A stretch of DNA of 64,000 nucleotides from an uncultured Acidobacteriota bacterium (GTDB lineage: Bacteria > Acidobacteriota > Thermoanaerobaculia > Multivoradales > JAHEKO01), in NCBI GenBank assembly GCA_963713825.1, contig CAVQNG010000003.1:128001-192000 (forward strand). Reading direction: 5' to 3'. Within the stretch, counting starts at the first letter, position 1; the number at the start of each line of letters is the position of its first letter. This document shows, in pieces, positions 28,195-38,834 of this stretch. The notes beneath the pieces were generated by a model. It was not told the origin of the DNA. It saw nothing but the letters and a program-made list of their open reading frames with translations, and made no database searches. The position numbers and the translations under genes are program-made.

Positions 28195-29625
28195 ATGCGA
28201 GAGCTGATCGAGTTGATGGCGGCACCCTTCGCGGCTTGCGTGGTCCTGGTTGGTATCCACGCCTACCTTGGTCTCCACGTGATCCAGAGGAAGGTCATCT
28301 TCGTGGATCTGGCGCTGGCGCAGATCGCGGCCCTGGGAGCGACATTCGGTTTTCTGCTCGGCTTGAGCCCTCACAGCCAGACGGCTTATGTCTTCTCCCT
28401 CGCCTTCGCTATCGTCGGCGCCGCCATCTTCGCCCTCACGAGGATGCGACACGAACGGATACCCCAGGAGGCGATCATTGGCATCACCTACGCTGTGGCT
28501 CTGGCACTGGCCATTCTGGTCGCCGATCGCGCCCCCGAAGGTACCGAGCACATCAAAGAGACCCTGACCGGAGCCCTGCTGTGGGTGCGGTGGCCGACCA
28601 TTTTCAAGACGGCCGTGATCTACGCCCTGGTCGGACTTCTTCACGTTGTCCTCCGCAAGCCGTTCTTCGAGATTTCGTTTCATCCCGACCAGGCCTACGC
28701 CCAGGGTCTCAAGGTCCGCTTTTGGGACTTCATCTTCTACGTCACGTTCGCGTTCGTCATCACTTCGTCGGTAGCGATCGCCGGTGTGCTTCTGGTCTTC
28801 TCGTTCCTGGTCATTCCCGCGGTCATCGCCACCCTGTTTGCCGAGAGGATCAGCACGCGGCTCATAATCGGATGGTGCGTTGGTCTTGCGGCCTGTGCAG
28901 TCGGTTTGACCTCGTCGTATCGTTTCGACCTGCCTTCGGGCCCCTCGGTCGTTGCCGCTCTCGGCGGCGCCCTCCTCCTGGCTGGTCTCGTCTACTCGAT
29001 CTGGGGAGCCCCGAGTCGGATCGGAGCGCTGCTGAAGGCAGCCGCTGCGTTGGCCGCCATTGCCCTGGTTGTCGTGGGCCTGAGCATCTTCTTCGCCAGC
29101 AGCACCTTTCTACAGATTGCCCACGAGCACGATTGGGAAGCCGAGAACGAGGAGGAGATTGCCAAAGCCGAGGAACATGCCCATCTTTGGGAGGAGCTCT
29201 CGACGGGGTGTGGAGACGAGGCGCCTTGCATTGCAGACAACCTGCGTGCGGCCCGAGATGGCTGGAATCGACTGAGCCACCACCTTTCCGAAGCCGACAC
29301 CTCGGAGCGTGAGAACTGGCTCGGTGTTCTAGCCGAGATCGATTCGGCGCAGAGCCGGGATCTCGTGGTCGAGCTGGCCGCGACGGAAACGGAGCCCCTG
29401 GTGAGATTGGAGGCCGTGGAGATGCTAGTCGAGCGGGGCGATCCACGAGGTGTCGCTATCGCCCTCGAGCTGCTCGCGCCGACGGTCTCGCCCCTGGTGC
29501 GCGGCGAGGCCTATCAGCTCATCGCAGAGCTGGCCGGCGAGGATTTCGGCTTCGATCCCTTCGGGGCCGAAGAGGCCAACGCCCAAGCCATCGAGCGAAT
29601 CCACGTCTGGGCCGAGGTTCCCTGA
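28195..29625 (+). CDS. ZnuB-like metal ABC permease with C-terminal His-rich and HEAT-repeat extension
   Basis: LGLHVIQRKVIFVDLALAQ.AALG, EAIIG, GVLLVFSFLVIPA, DLPSG, then ~170 extra residues (HEHDW, EP.VR..A...L). Confidence 0.88.
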   Translation: MRELIELMAAPFAACVVLVGIHAYLGLHVIQRKVIFVDLALAQIAALGATFGFLLGLSPHSQTAYVFSLAFAIVGAAIFALTRMRHERIPQEAIIGITYAVALALAILVADRAPEGTEHIKETLTGALLWVRWPTIFKTAVIYALVGLLHVVLRKPFFEISFHPDQAYAQGLKVRFWDFIFYVTFAFVITSSVAIAGVLLVFSFLVIPAVIATLFAERISTRLIIGWCVGLAACAVGLTSSYRFDLPSGPSVVAALGGALLLAGLVYSIWGAPSRIGALLKAAAALAAIALVVVGLSIFFASSTFLQIAHEHDWEAENEEEIAKAEEHAHLWEELSTGCGDEAPCIADNLRAARDGWNRLSHHLSEADTSERENWLGVLAEIDSAQSRDLVVELAATETEPLVRLEAVEMLVERGDPRGVAIALELLAPTVSPLVRGEAYQLIAELAGEDFGFDPFGAEEANAQAIERIHVWAEVP

Positions 29626-29875
29626 CGCGAGGCCGCATCGCCTCACTCGAGAATCTGCATCCGAAACGAAGGGACCGCGTTCTCCTGCCTCCGGGCTCAA
29701 GGAGACAACCGCGGCGGTACACCCTTGCAGACGATCGTCGGAAGGACTTTCTACCGACCAACTCGGCGAGAGGGCGGGTAATTTTTCCCCGTTCGATGAC
29801 CAACCCAGAGAATTACGATCTCCCTGATCCGATCGAGACACAGCAGATGCCAGGTGATTCTGATTCAGGCCCACA

Positions 29876-29891
29876 TGGCATCGGCCTTGCA
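29876..29891 (+). promoter_or_regulatory. Candidate sigma54 promoter
   Basis: TGGCATCGGCCTTGCA, GG-N10-GC, 24 nt upstream of ATG 29915. Confidence 0.65.
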
Positions 29892-29914
29892 TTCTCGAGG
29901 CGACGGATAGGAAT

Positions 29915-30106
29915 ATGCTGAAACTCTTTTGTTGGGTTTGCTTCACCCGCCGCCCTTTTTCGCTTCCCCACCAGTGCCCGATGGCCGTCTGCCGCAAGTG
30001 TGGGAATCCCGAGGGTGCAATGCGTCCACTAGCTCCGTACGAGAGGGCCTGGTATGGGTTGGAGCGGGAGAACCCGACCCAGAACAGCTCCTCGATTGCT
30101 GCTTGA
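29915..30106 (+). CDS. 63-aa zinc-ribbon-like small protein
   Basis: AGGA SD, CWVC...CRKCG motif pair, directly preceded by the sigma54-like promoter. Confidence 0.55.
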   Translation: MLKLFCWVCFTRRPFSLPHQCPMAVCRKCGNPEGAMRPLAPYERAWYGLERENPTQNSSSIAA

Positions 30107-30131
30107 CGTCTTCTTCAAGACGAAGCGTGAG

Positions 30132-30962
30132 CTAGCCCCTCATTCGGGACGCTCCGGCTTCGTGCGCCTGCCGGAGGAAATCGGCAATGAGCTGATGGGG
30201 TTGGTCCACCCGCTCGAGAGCTGCGTAGGGCAGCACAGCCCCCGAAAACCCGACTTCACTCCAGACAGCTCCGTCCGGCAGAGGCGAACCGACGAATCCG
30301 TCGGGCTCCGGATAGGCAGTAGCGTAGAAATAGGGATCCGAGATGATCTCGTCTCCGGTGACGAATCCAAAAGTCATCTGCTCGTCGGACCGCTCCTCGT
30401 CTGCCACGTCCTGATCGGGCACTTGCTGGCCCGAGTACCAAGATGTCGCCAGGTCGAAGTGATGAGGAAACAGCTGCACAGGCGAGGTCTCTTGCCGCTG
30501 CCCACCTTTGAAGGCCTTGAAGACCGTATCGATCTGAACCAGCGCCTGCCGAAAACGATCGATGGCCTGCCGGTCCCATTGGCCCTCCGCAGTGTCCGAG
30601 AACGACTCGGCGTCGACGGTCACCTCGACCTCCAGTCCCTTCAAGGCGGCCATGACCTCGGAGTAGAACCTGGCTTGGGATTGTCCTTCCAGGGGTAGCT
30701 CGAGACTCTGCCCTTCACTCGTCAGGATCCGCAGAGCTTGGTGGACAAGATCGAGCCGAAGGCCAAAGTTGCCATTGCCCGAGGGAATCGGAGTGGTGAT
30801 GAAACCCTCCGGCACGACTCGAAGCGTGACATGGGCCCAATGTCGCTGTCGTGAACTCGAGCTACGACGGATGGCGCCCAGCAGTCGGCAGTACCCCTGC
30901 AGGGTGTCCCTGGTCGGTTTCCAGGTCGAAAGGGTCAGATCTGAAAAGCTGGATTGAGTCAT
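30132..30962 (-). CDS. DUF5996-like hypothetical protein
   Basis: W..TRDTL, HWAHVTL.V...G..T, SPVQLFPHHFDLA, FGF..GD..I..PYFYA.AYP. Confidence 0.75.
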   Translation of the reverse strand: MTQSSFSDLTLSTWKPTRDTLQGYCRLLGAIRRSSSSRQRHWAHVTLRVVPEGFITTPIPSGNGNFGLRLDLVHQALRILTSEGQSLELPLEGQSQARFYSEVMAALKGLEVEVTVDAESFSDTAEGQWDRQAIDRFRQALVQIDTVFKAFKGGQRQETSPVQLFPHHFDLATSWYSGQQVPDQDVADEERSDEQMTFGFVTGDEIISDPYFYATAYPEPDGFVGSPLPDGAVWSEVGFSGAVLPYAALERVDQPHQLIADFLRQAHEAGASRMRG

Positions 30963-31045
30963 CTGGATTCACTCCCTCGAGGTCCTTCGACGGTGCAACC
31001 TTGGTCTTCTTAGCTACGGACCGGATCTAGGCCCGGACTTCTCGA

Positions 31046-34000
31046 TCACCGACACGAAACGAAGCGCACGCTACTCTGATTGTCTCGAATCACCTCGCCC
31101 AGTGCCGCCAGGACGTAGTCGATATCGTCCTCGTCGGTGTCCACTCCCAGCGAGAGACGCACCGCGCAGTGTGCCTCGTCTTCGGTGAGACCGATGGACT
31201 TCAGCACATGAGAGGGAGCCGGGTTCCCCGACTTGCAGGCAGAGCCCGAGGAGAAGTAAACCCCATGGCGGTCGAGGAAGAGAACCAGGGACTCGCCACG
31301 CATTTCAGGCAACGACAGATTGAGGGTATTCGGCAGGCGCTCCCGCGCGTGACCATTGAGCTTCGCATCGGGCACCAGCTCTCGAATCCCAGCTTCCAGC
31401 CGGTCACGCAAGGTGGCAATCCGCTCCGGTTCCCTCTGACTCAACCAACGGGCAGCAAGATCGCAGGCCTTACCAAATCCGACGATTCCCGGCACGTTCT
31501 CGGTGCCTGAACGCAGCTTGCGCTCTTGTCCGCCTCCATCGATCAGGGGAGACAGGGGGATGCCTTTCTTCACGTACAGCGCCCCCACACCTTTGGGACC
31601 GTGCGCCTTGTGCGCCGAGAGTGACAGCAGGTCGACATCGAGCTCCTTCACATCGATGGAGATCTTGCCGAGAGCCTGAACCGCATCGGTATGAAAGAGA
31701 ACGCCCTGCTCGTGGGCGAGCTCGGACGAGCTCGGCGATCGGTTGCAGCGTGCCGATCTCGTTGTTGGCCATCATCACACTGGCCAGAATCGTCTCGGCA
31801 CGTAGGGCTGCAGCAAAACGCTGCCGATCGACCCGGCCTGCGGCATCGACTTCGAGCACCGTGGTCTCGAACCCGAAGGGTTCCAGACCCTTGCAGGCCT
31901 CGAGCACCGCCGGATGCTCGATAGCCGTCGTGATGATGTGGTTCCCCTTCTCCCGGAGCGCGAATGCGAGCCCTTTGATCGCCAGGTTGTCTGCTTCGCT
32001 ACCACCGCTGGTGAAAACGACTCGGCGTGCGGTGCAGTTGAGGACCCGCGCCACCTTCCGTCGGGCGCCTTCGACGGCATCACGTCCCGCCGTTCCCCTG
32101 CCATGAATGCTGGAAGGGTTGCCCCCCTGCTCCTGCAGGAACGGCAGCATGGCTGCCAACACTTCCGGATGCACATTCGAGGTCGCGTTGTTGTCCAAAT
32201 AGACCTGCCTGGTAGGGCGGCTCTGTTTGGCGGCGCCCGAACTGGCGTCGGCCTCGCTCTCCTCGAAGACCGGCTCGATCCTCGGCCCACCGTCATCATC
32301 GGCCCGCACCACCTCGCATAGCAGGGCTTTGTAGACCGGAAACCCACTGATCGGATCGTAGTTGGTCAGATCCGTCAGGTCGTTCACGTTGCAGTTTCTC
32401 CAGGCCTCTGTCCCCAGAGGACCGCCGCCCCCCATGTTGGCCTCGATCGCCCCGGGCACAATGTCATCCGTCACCTGGGCCCGGTACTTCAAGCGACCAC
32501 GGGAGGTCTCCAGATAGACCCAATCTCCAGAGGAGATGCTTCGGGACTTGGCATCGGCCGTGTTCAGCGTCACGACAGGCTCGGGCGCCTTGCGCTGGAG
32601 TCCAGGCACTCCATGATGCTGGGATCGGAAGTCGGAAAAAATCCGCGCCCCGGAGTTGAACACGAGCGGATAGCGCTGCGCCAGGTCGGGTCGCGACAGC
32701 GGGCCCTCCTTCGGCTCGGTGTAGACCGGCAGCGGATCGTAGCCATGCTCTTCGAGGATGCTCGAGGCGATCTCGAACTTGCCCGACGGCGTATCGAACC
32801 CAGGCTGGCCGTCCTGGCGCAGTAGCCCTCGCTCCCACTTCTTGTACTGCGTCATCACGGTCGGACAACGCACTTCGCCATCATTGGCGCGGACCTCTTC
32901 GAGAGTGAAACCAGAGCCTTCGAGGGCATACCGCAACCGCTCCTCGTCCCCTTGCGGGTACTTGTCACCGTAGCCGAGACGCGCTGCCAGGTCCGAGAGA
33001 ATATGGAAGTCGTCGCGGGCCTCCCCGACCGGTTCAACGAGCCTCTCGCGGATCTTGAACAGCGGCCCGTAAGTCATGTAGGAGCTGATCTCGTATCCCG
33101 TGGTGGCCGGCAGGACGATGTCGGCCCAGGCCGCATCAGCGGTGAAGTGTCGATCGATGGTGACCAGGAAGTCCAGGGCTCCCAGGGCTTCGCGCCAAAC
33201 AGAAGGATTGGGCCAGGCCGTAATGATCGAGCCGCCCAGGATCATCAGGGCGCGGATCTTGTACGGCTCACCATGCAGAATCGAGTCGGGCAGAGCGATG
33301 GCATGGGATTCGCCCCGATACATGCTGTAGACGGGAAAGCGATCCCGACCCAGGGCCTGACGGACGTCCGGGTTGGCGACCAGCCCCTGGCGGTTGATTG
33401 GGAATCGGTTCTCCTTCATGCGAAACAACAGCCCGCCGGGCACGTCGAGTTGTCCCGCTACACCCCAGAGAGTGAACACTGCCCGGATGGCCTGTACGCC
33501 GCTGTCCGCATACTCGAGTCCCGTGTACATGACCGGGGAGGCACCTCTCGCCTCGGCGATGCGCCTCGCTAGCTCCTCGATCTTGGCCGCGGGAATGCCG
33601 GTAATCTCTTCGACGGCTTCCGGCCGGAAGTGTTGAATGTAATCGACGAGGGGCTCCCAACCGACGGTCCAGTTCTGGACGAACTCCTCGTCGTAAAGCT
33701 CTTCCTCCACCAGGACATTGATCAAACCCAGCGCCAGGGCGCCGTCGGTGCCGGGACGGATGGGAATCCACTCGGCTCCAGCCTCGCGAGCCGTCTCGGT
33801 TCGACGGGGATCGATAACCACGACCTCGGCGCCACGCTGCCGCGCCCGTTGGATCTGCTCGTGGGCCAACGGCGGTGAGTCGGTAGCCGGGTTGGCTCCC
33901 CAGACCACAATGAGCTGGGCCTGGTCGATGTCGAAGTCCATCGTGTGGTACATCTCGCCCATGGTGGTGTGGGGCGCGATCATCGCGAAGGAGACGTAGC

Positions 34001-34439
34001 ACAAGGCGCCAACACCGAGGGTGTTTGGCGAGCCAAACGGGAAGAGGACGCTGGAGGCCGACGATATAGCCACTCCGGCGGGTTGGAAGATGTCGCAGAG
34101 GGAGAGCTCGAAACTGCCGCGCCCGGTATAGATCGCAGTCGCCTCCGCGCCCGACTCGGTCTTGATCGTCTGCAGACGCTCGGCGATGGTCTCCATCGCC
34201 TCGTCCCAGGAGATGCGCTCGAACTCGTAGGTCCCCTTGGGACCGACTCGCTTCAGTGGATGCTGCAGGCGCTGCGGATCATGCACGATCTCCGGTGAGT
34301 GAACGCCGTTCGTACAGATCATGCCCAACGGATGGTCGGGCAGGGGCTCGACCTGCCGCAGCTGGCCATTCTCGAGGGTGGCCCGGACCCAGCAACCGGC
34401 CGGGCAGATGCCGCAAAGGCCATCTTTCTCTTCGATCAA
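31046..34439 (-). pseudogene. Molybdopterin oxidoreductase / cysteine desulfurase fusion (metallopterin-dependent ergothioneine synthase type) with a single +1 frameshift at ~31725, possibly a sequencing error
   Basis: N-terminal CGICPAGC...C Fe-S motif and bis-PGD motifs (WGANP, ADIVLP), then YLDNNAT, GNPSS.H, SGGSEADN, ANNEIGT. Removing one base joins these to FHTDAVQ..SAHKAHGPKG..SSGSAC. TTGA-coupled to egtD. Confidence 0.85.
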
Positions 34440-35443
34440 CTTGCCGTGCCCCTCTTCTCCAGAAGGGCTAGAGCAAAGGCCTCTTCCGCGTCGGTGTACC
34501 ACTCCGCGATGTGCAGCCCCGCCGAGCGCACCATGGCCTCGGCACTGACGCGGTCGAACTTGCGACAGATCTCGGTGCGGATGGTCTCTCCTTGGTCCAT
34601 CGTGAATCTCAGCCCGAGGTCTTCGATGACGACTTCCATGGCGCTCCCTGCCGCCAGGTGCATCTCGATTTGCGCCTCGTCAGGATTGAAGAAGGCCCGA
34701 TGCTCGAACGCGTCAGCGTCGAAATTGGCACCCATCGAGGCGTTCAACGCCGACAGGATGTTCCTGTTGAAAGCCGCCGTTACACCGGCAGCATCGTTGT
34801 AGGCACTCTCCAGAGTGGTTATGTCCTTCAGGGTATCCAATCCGAGAAGAAACCGGTCGTCGTCGTCCATCAGCAACGCGACGCTCGACAGAAACTCCGA
34901 CGCCTCGGCGTCATCGAGGTTGCCAATGGTGCTTCCCAGAAAGAGGAAAAGCTTTCTACGTGAATGGTCCAGGCGATCGAGCGGGTGGTGGAAGTCGGTC
35001 ACCAGCCCCATGATGGTGAGATTCGGATAGAGCTCCAGTAGGTGCTCCGCCGCCTCGATCAGCGCGGTCTCGCTGATATCCACGGGGACATAGCGGATTT
35101 GCGGCCGCTGCTCCTCATCGACGGCATCCAGAAGGGCTCGGATCTTCTGATTGGCACCCGAGCCGAGCTCGATCAGATCCCCGCCGGCGAAGCCGGCCAT
35201 GATCTGGGGACCGAATCGCTCCAACAGGGCGAGCTCGGTGCGGGTCTGGTAGTACTCCGGTAGCTCACAGATCTGCTCGAAGAGCTTCGAGCCCTGGGCG
35301 TCGTAGAAGAACTTGCTGGGCAGGGTCCTGGGGGGTGCGGTGAGCCCAGACTCCACCTCCTGGGCCGCACCGTCCCCCTCGTGGCCTGTCAGGGCCGAGA
35401 AGACCCTCAGCCGATTGCAGTCGCTCTCGAATATGACCGTCAT
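34436..35443 (-). CDS. egtD: L-histidine N-alpha-trimethyltransferase
   Basis: LPSKFFYDAQGSKLFEQICELPEYYQTRTE, ELGSG, FLGSTIGN, AYNDAAGVTAAFN, TEICRKF. Confidence 0.93.
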   Translation of the reverse strand: MTVIFESDCNRLRVFSALTGHEGDGAAQEVESGLTAPPRTLPSKFFYDAQGSKLFEQICELPEYYQTRTELALLERFGPQIMAGFAGGDLIELGSGANQKIRALLDAVDEEQRPQIRYVPVDISETALIEAAEHLLELYPNLTIMGLVTDFHHPLDRLDHSRRKLFLFLGSTIGNLDDAEASEFLSSVALLMDDDDRFLLGLDTLKDITTLESAYNDAAGVTAAFNRNILSALNASMGANFDADAFEHRAFFNPDEAQIEMHLAAGSAMEVVIEDLGLRFTMDQGETIRTEICRKFDRVSAEAMVRSAGLHIAEWYTDAEEAFALALLEKRGTAS

Positions 35444-35506
35444 CTACAGCTGCCAACGGTACCAGACGATGGTGAAAGCAACGTGAGCTCCTGTCGACAG
35501 CTGCGC

Positions 35507-38113
35507 TCAGGCTGGCGCTTCGGTAGCCACTTCTGTCCGTACCGCTGAGAAGGTGAGCTCGCCGTCGGCGACATCGACCTGGATCGTGTCCCCTGGCCCG
35601 AAGGTCCCATCCAGGATCTTCTGCGCCAGCGGATTCTCCAGGTATTGCTGCAAGGCGCGCTTCAAGGGCCTGGCGCCATAGACAGGGTCGTAGCCCACGT
35701 TGCCCAGGAAATCCAGCGCCTCGGTCGTCACCTCCAGACCCAAACCGACGGCCTCGAGCCGCTCCCCGATGATGCCTACCTGAAGCTCCGCGATCTTGCG
35801 GATCTGGTCCCTCTGCAACGGATGGAAGACGATGATGTCATCGACCCGATTGAGAAACTCGGGCCGGAAGTGCTCACCCAGAATCTCCATCACCGCAGCC
35901 TTCATCTCGTCGTAGTTCTCCTCGCCCGCCATCTCCTGGATGACGTGCGAACCGAGATTCGAGGTCATGACGATGATCGTGTTGCGGAAGTCCACCGTGC
36001 GGCCCTGGCCATCCGTCAGGCGTCCGTCATCGAGCACCTGCAACAGCACGTTGAAGACCTCCGGATGGGCCTTCTCGATCTCGTCGAGCAGGATCACCGA
36101 GTAGGGTCTGCGGCGCACCGCTTCCGTCAGGTACCCACCCTCTTCATAGCCCACGTAGCCTGGCGGGGCACCGATCAGACGGGCCACCGAGTGCTTCTCC
36201 ATGAACTCCGACATGTCGATGCGGATCAGGGCGTCCTCGGTATCGAAGAGGGAGACCGCCAGCGCTTTGCAGAGCTCCGTCTTGCCGACTCCGGTCGGAC
36301 CGAGGAAGAGGAACGATCCGTTCGGGCGGTTGGGATCCGACAGTCCGGCTCGAGAACGTCGAATGGCGTTGCTGACGGCCTTGACCGCTTCTTCCTGCCC
36401 GATCACCCTCTCGCCGAGCTCGTCCTCGAGATGCAAGAGTCGCTCTCGCTCCCCTTCCAGCATCTTGGAGACCGGAATTCCGGTCCACCGGGAGACGACT
36501 TCGGCCACCTCTTCCTCGGTGACCTTGTTGCGGACCAGCGTCATCTCTTCCTGCTCGGCCTGTGAGGCCGCCGCCAGTTGCTGTTCGAGCTCCGGGATCC
36601 GGCCATACTGCAGCTCTGAGGCGCGGGCGAGATCTCCCGCTCTCTCTGCCGTCTCCAGCTCGTAACGTGCCCGCTCGAGCTCTTCCTTGACCTGAGCTGT
36701 CCCTTCCAGCGTCGCCTTCTCCGCCTTCCACACCTCCTCCAGGTCGGCGAACTGCCTCTCGAGGATCTTGATCTCCTCCTCCAGGTCCTTCAGGCGCTGC
36801 TTCGAGGCCTTGTCCTTTTCCTTCTTCAGCGCCTCACGCTGAATCTTGAGCTGAATCAGTCGCCGCTCGAGTTGGTCCAACTCTTCTGGCTTGGAGTCGA
36901 TTTCCATACGGATGCGCGACGCCGACTCATCGATGAGATCGATGGCCTTGTCCGGCAGCTGTCGATCTGAGATATACCGCTGCGACAGGGTCGCGGCCGC
37001 CACGATCGCCGGATCTGTGATCTCGACTCCGTGGTGGACTTCGTAGCGCTCCTTCAAGCCCCGCAGGATGGCAATCGTGTCCTCGACCGACGGCTCCTCG
37101 ACGAGGACCTTCTGCAGGCGCCGCTCGAGAGCCGCATCCTTCTCGATGTTCTTGCGGTACTCGTCCAGCGTCGTGGCACCGATGGCGTGGAGCTCGCCCC
37201 GCGCCAGGGCCGGTTTCAGCATATTGCTGGCGTCCATCGCTCCCTCGGCCTTGCCGGCGCCCACCATGGTGTGAATCTCGTCGATGAACAGAATCACCTG
37301 GCCCTCCTGCTTCGCCAGGTCGTTGAGCACCGCCTTCAGCCGCTCCTCGAACTCGCCGCGGAACTTGGCACCCGCGATCAGCGCTCCCATGTCCAGCGAC
37401 AGGACGCGCTTGCCTTTCAGGCCTTCGGGCACCTCGTCGTTGACGATCCTCTGGGCCAGGCCCTCGACGATTGCCGTCTTGCCGACCCCAGCCTCACCGA
37501 TGAGCACGGGATTGTTCTTCGTGCGCCGCTGCAGGACCTGGATCGCTCGGCGGATCTCGTTGTCACGCCCGATGACCGGATCGAGCTTGCCCTGCTCGGC
37601 TCGCTCGGTCAGATCGACGGTGAAGCGCTCGAGCGCCTGCCGTTGCTCCTCGGCATCGGCATTGTCGACCTGCTGCCCACCCCGCACTCGATCGATCGTC
37701 TGTTCCAGAGCCGCCTCGGTGCCACCCGCTTTGCGCAGCATCTCACCCAGCGGCCCCTTGTCCTGAGCGGCCGCCAGCAGAAACAACTCGCTCGAGATGA
37801 ACTGGTCGCTGCGCTGCTGAGCCAGCTTGTCCGTTACATTGAGTAGCCGGGTCAGATCGGGTGATATCAGCACGTCGCCTGCTGTACCCTCGACTCGCGG
37901 CAATCGGTCGAGTGCTTCCATCAGGCTGACGCGTAGCTGGTCGACGTTGACACCAGCCTGCGCCAGAATCGGCAAAGCCGTGCTCCCGTCCTGATCCAGC
38001 AACGCCCCCATCACATGCGCCGGCTCGACATACTGATGATCCCTGCCCACAGCGAGGCTCTGGGCATCCGCCAGCGCCTGCTGGAATTTCGTTGTCAGCT
38101 TGTCCATTCGCAT
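35507..38113 (-). CDS. clpB: ATP-dependent chaperone ClpB
   Basis: MRMDKLT, two AAA+ modules ([16 protein letters not shown]), coiled-coil M domain, GARPLKR. Confidence 0.97.
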   Translation of the reverse strand: MRMDKLTTKFQQALADAQSLAVGRDHQYVEPAHVMGALLDQDGSTALPILAQAGVNVDQLRVSLMEALDRLPRVEGTAGDVLISPDLTRLLNVTDKLAQQRSDQFISSELFLLAAAQDKGPLGEMLRKAGGTEAALEQTIDRVRGGQQVDNADAEEQRQALERFTVDLTERAEQGKLDPVIGRDNEIRRAIQVLQRRTKNNPVLIGEAGVGKTAIVEGLAQRIVNDEVPEGLKGKRVLSLDMGALIAGAKFRGEFEERLKAVLNDLAKQEGQVILFIDEIHTMVGAGKAEGAMDASNMLKPALARGELHAIGATTLDEYRKNIEKDAALERRLQKVLVEEPSVEDTIAILRGLKERYEVHHGVEITDPAIVAAATLSQRYISDRQLPDKAIDLIDESASRIRMEIDSKPEELDQLERRLIQLKIQREALKKEKDKASKQRLKDLEEEIKILERQFADLEEVWKAEKATLEGTAQVKEELERARYELETAERAGDLARASELQYGRIPELEQQLAAASQAEQEEMTLVRNKVTEEEVAEVVSRWTGIPVSKMLEGERERLLHLEDELGERVIGQEEAVKAVSNAIRRSRAGLSDPNRPNGSFLFLGPTGVGKTELCKALAVSLFDTEDALIRIDMSEFMEKHSVARLIGAPPGYVGYEEGGYLTEAVRRRPYSVILLDEIEKAHPEVFNVLLQVLDDGRLTDGQGRTVDFRNTIIVMTSNLGSHVIQEMAGEENYDEMKAAVMEILGEHFRPEFLNRVDDIIVFHPLQRDQIRKIAELQVGIIGERLEAVGLGLEVTTEALDFLGNVGYDPVYGARPLKRALQQYLENPLAQKILDGTFGPGDTIQVDVADGELTFSAVRTEVATEAPA

Positions 38114-38168
38114 AGCTATTCCCCCTTCGCTTCGCGAAGTCTACGCCTGCCGAATTATCAGGGCCACT

Positions 38169-38606
38169 TCAAGCCGCGTGAGCCCGAACCCACTGCTCGA
38201 TCTGGGGCTGACTCATGGCGCCAGGCTGGCGAGCGACTTCCCGACCCTGCTTGAACACCACGAGGGTCGGAATGCTCTGAATGCCGAAGCGGGAAGCCAC
38301 CTGTGGTGCCTCCTCGGTATTCAACTTGGCCAGGACCACCGCGGGCTCGAGCTGCCCTGCAGCCTCCTCATAGGCGGGTGCCATCATTTTGCACGGACCG
38401 CACCATGAGGCCCAGAAATCCACGACAACGGGCACGTCGCTGCGCCCGATGAAGCGGTCGAATGTCGACTCATCCAGGCGAATCGGGCTGCCGGAGAAAA
38501 GCGGTTGCTTGCAACTTCCACAGCGGGGCCCGTCGCCGAGTCGCTCTGCAGCGATTCGGTTCACCTTCGCACAGTTCGGACAGACCAGATGTTTCGATTC
38601 AGTCAT
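38169..38606 (-). CDS. trxC: Thioredoxin 2 with N-terminal Zn-binding domain
   Basis: CPNC...CGSC plus WCGPC. Confidence 0.93.
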   Translation of the reverse strand: MTESKHLVCPNCAKVNRIAAERLGDGPRCGSCKQPLFSGSPIRLDESTFDRFIGRSDVPVVVDFWASWCGPCKMMAPAYEEAAGQLEPAVVLAKLNTEEAPQVASRFGIQSIPTLVVFKQGREVARQPGAMSQPQIEQWVRAHAA

Positions 38607-38834
38607 GATTCTCACTTATCGTTGTCATTTCGTCTCAAAATCTGCCAATGCGGTACTCACCCTTGATATTCAACATTTTGAATCGCCAATTTAATCCCCG
38701 ATCGGGCTGCTTGACCAACTTTTCTCGACAGCCTGTGCTAGTCTTCGCCTCCCTTGAAGCCGGTACTGCTCGCCGGACCTTCATTACAGGTACTATTTCG
38801 ATCAAAGACCGCGCTCCAGGCGCAAGGGTGAACC

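Noticed and set aside
31046-31651. Stand-alone iscS gene
   Set aside because: It lacks the N-terminal half, which is encoded in the upstream ORF; it is the frameshifted tail of the fusion.
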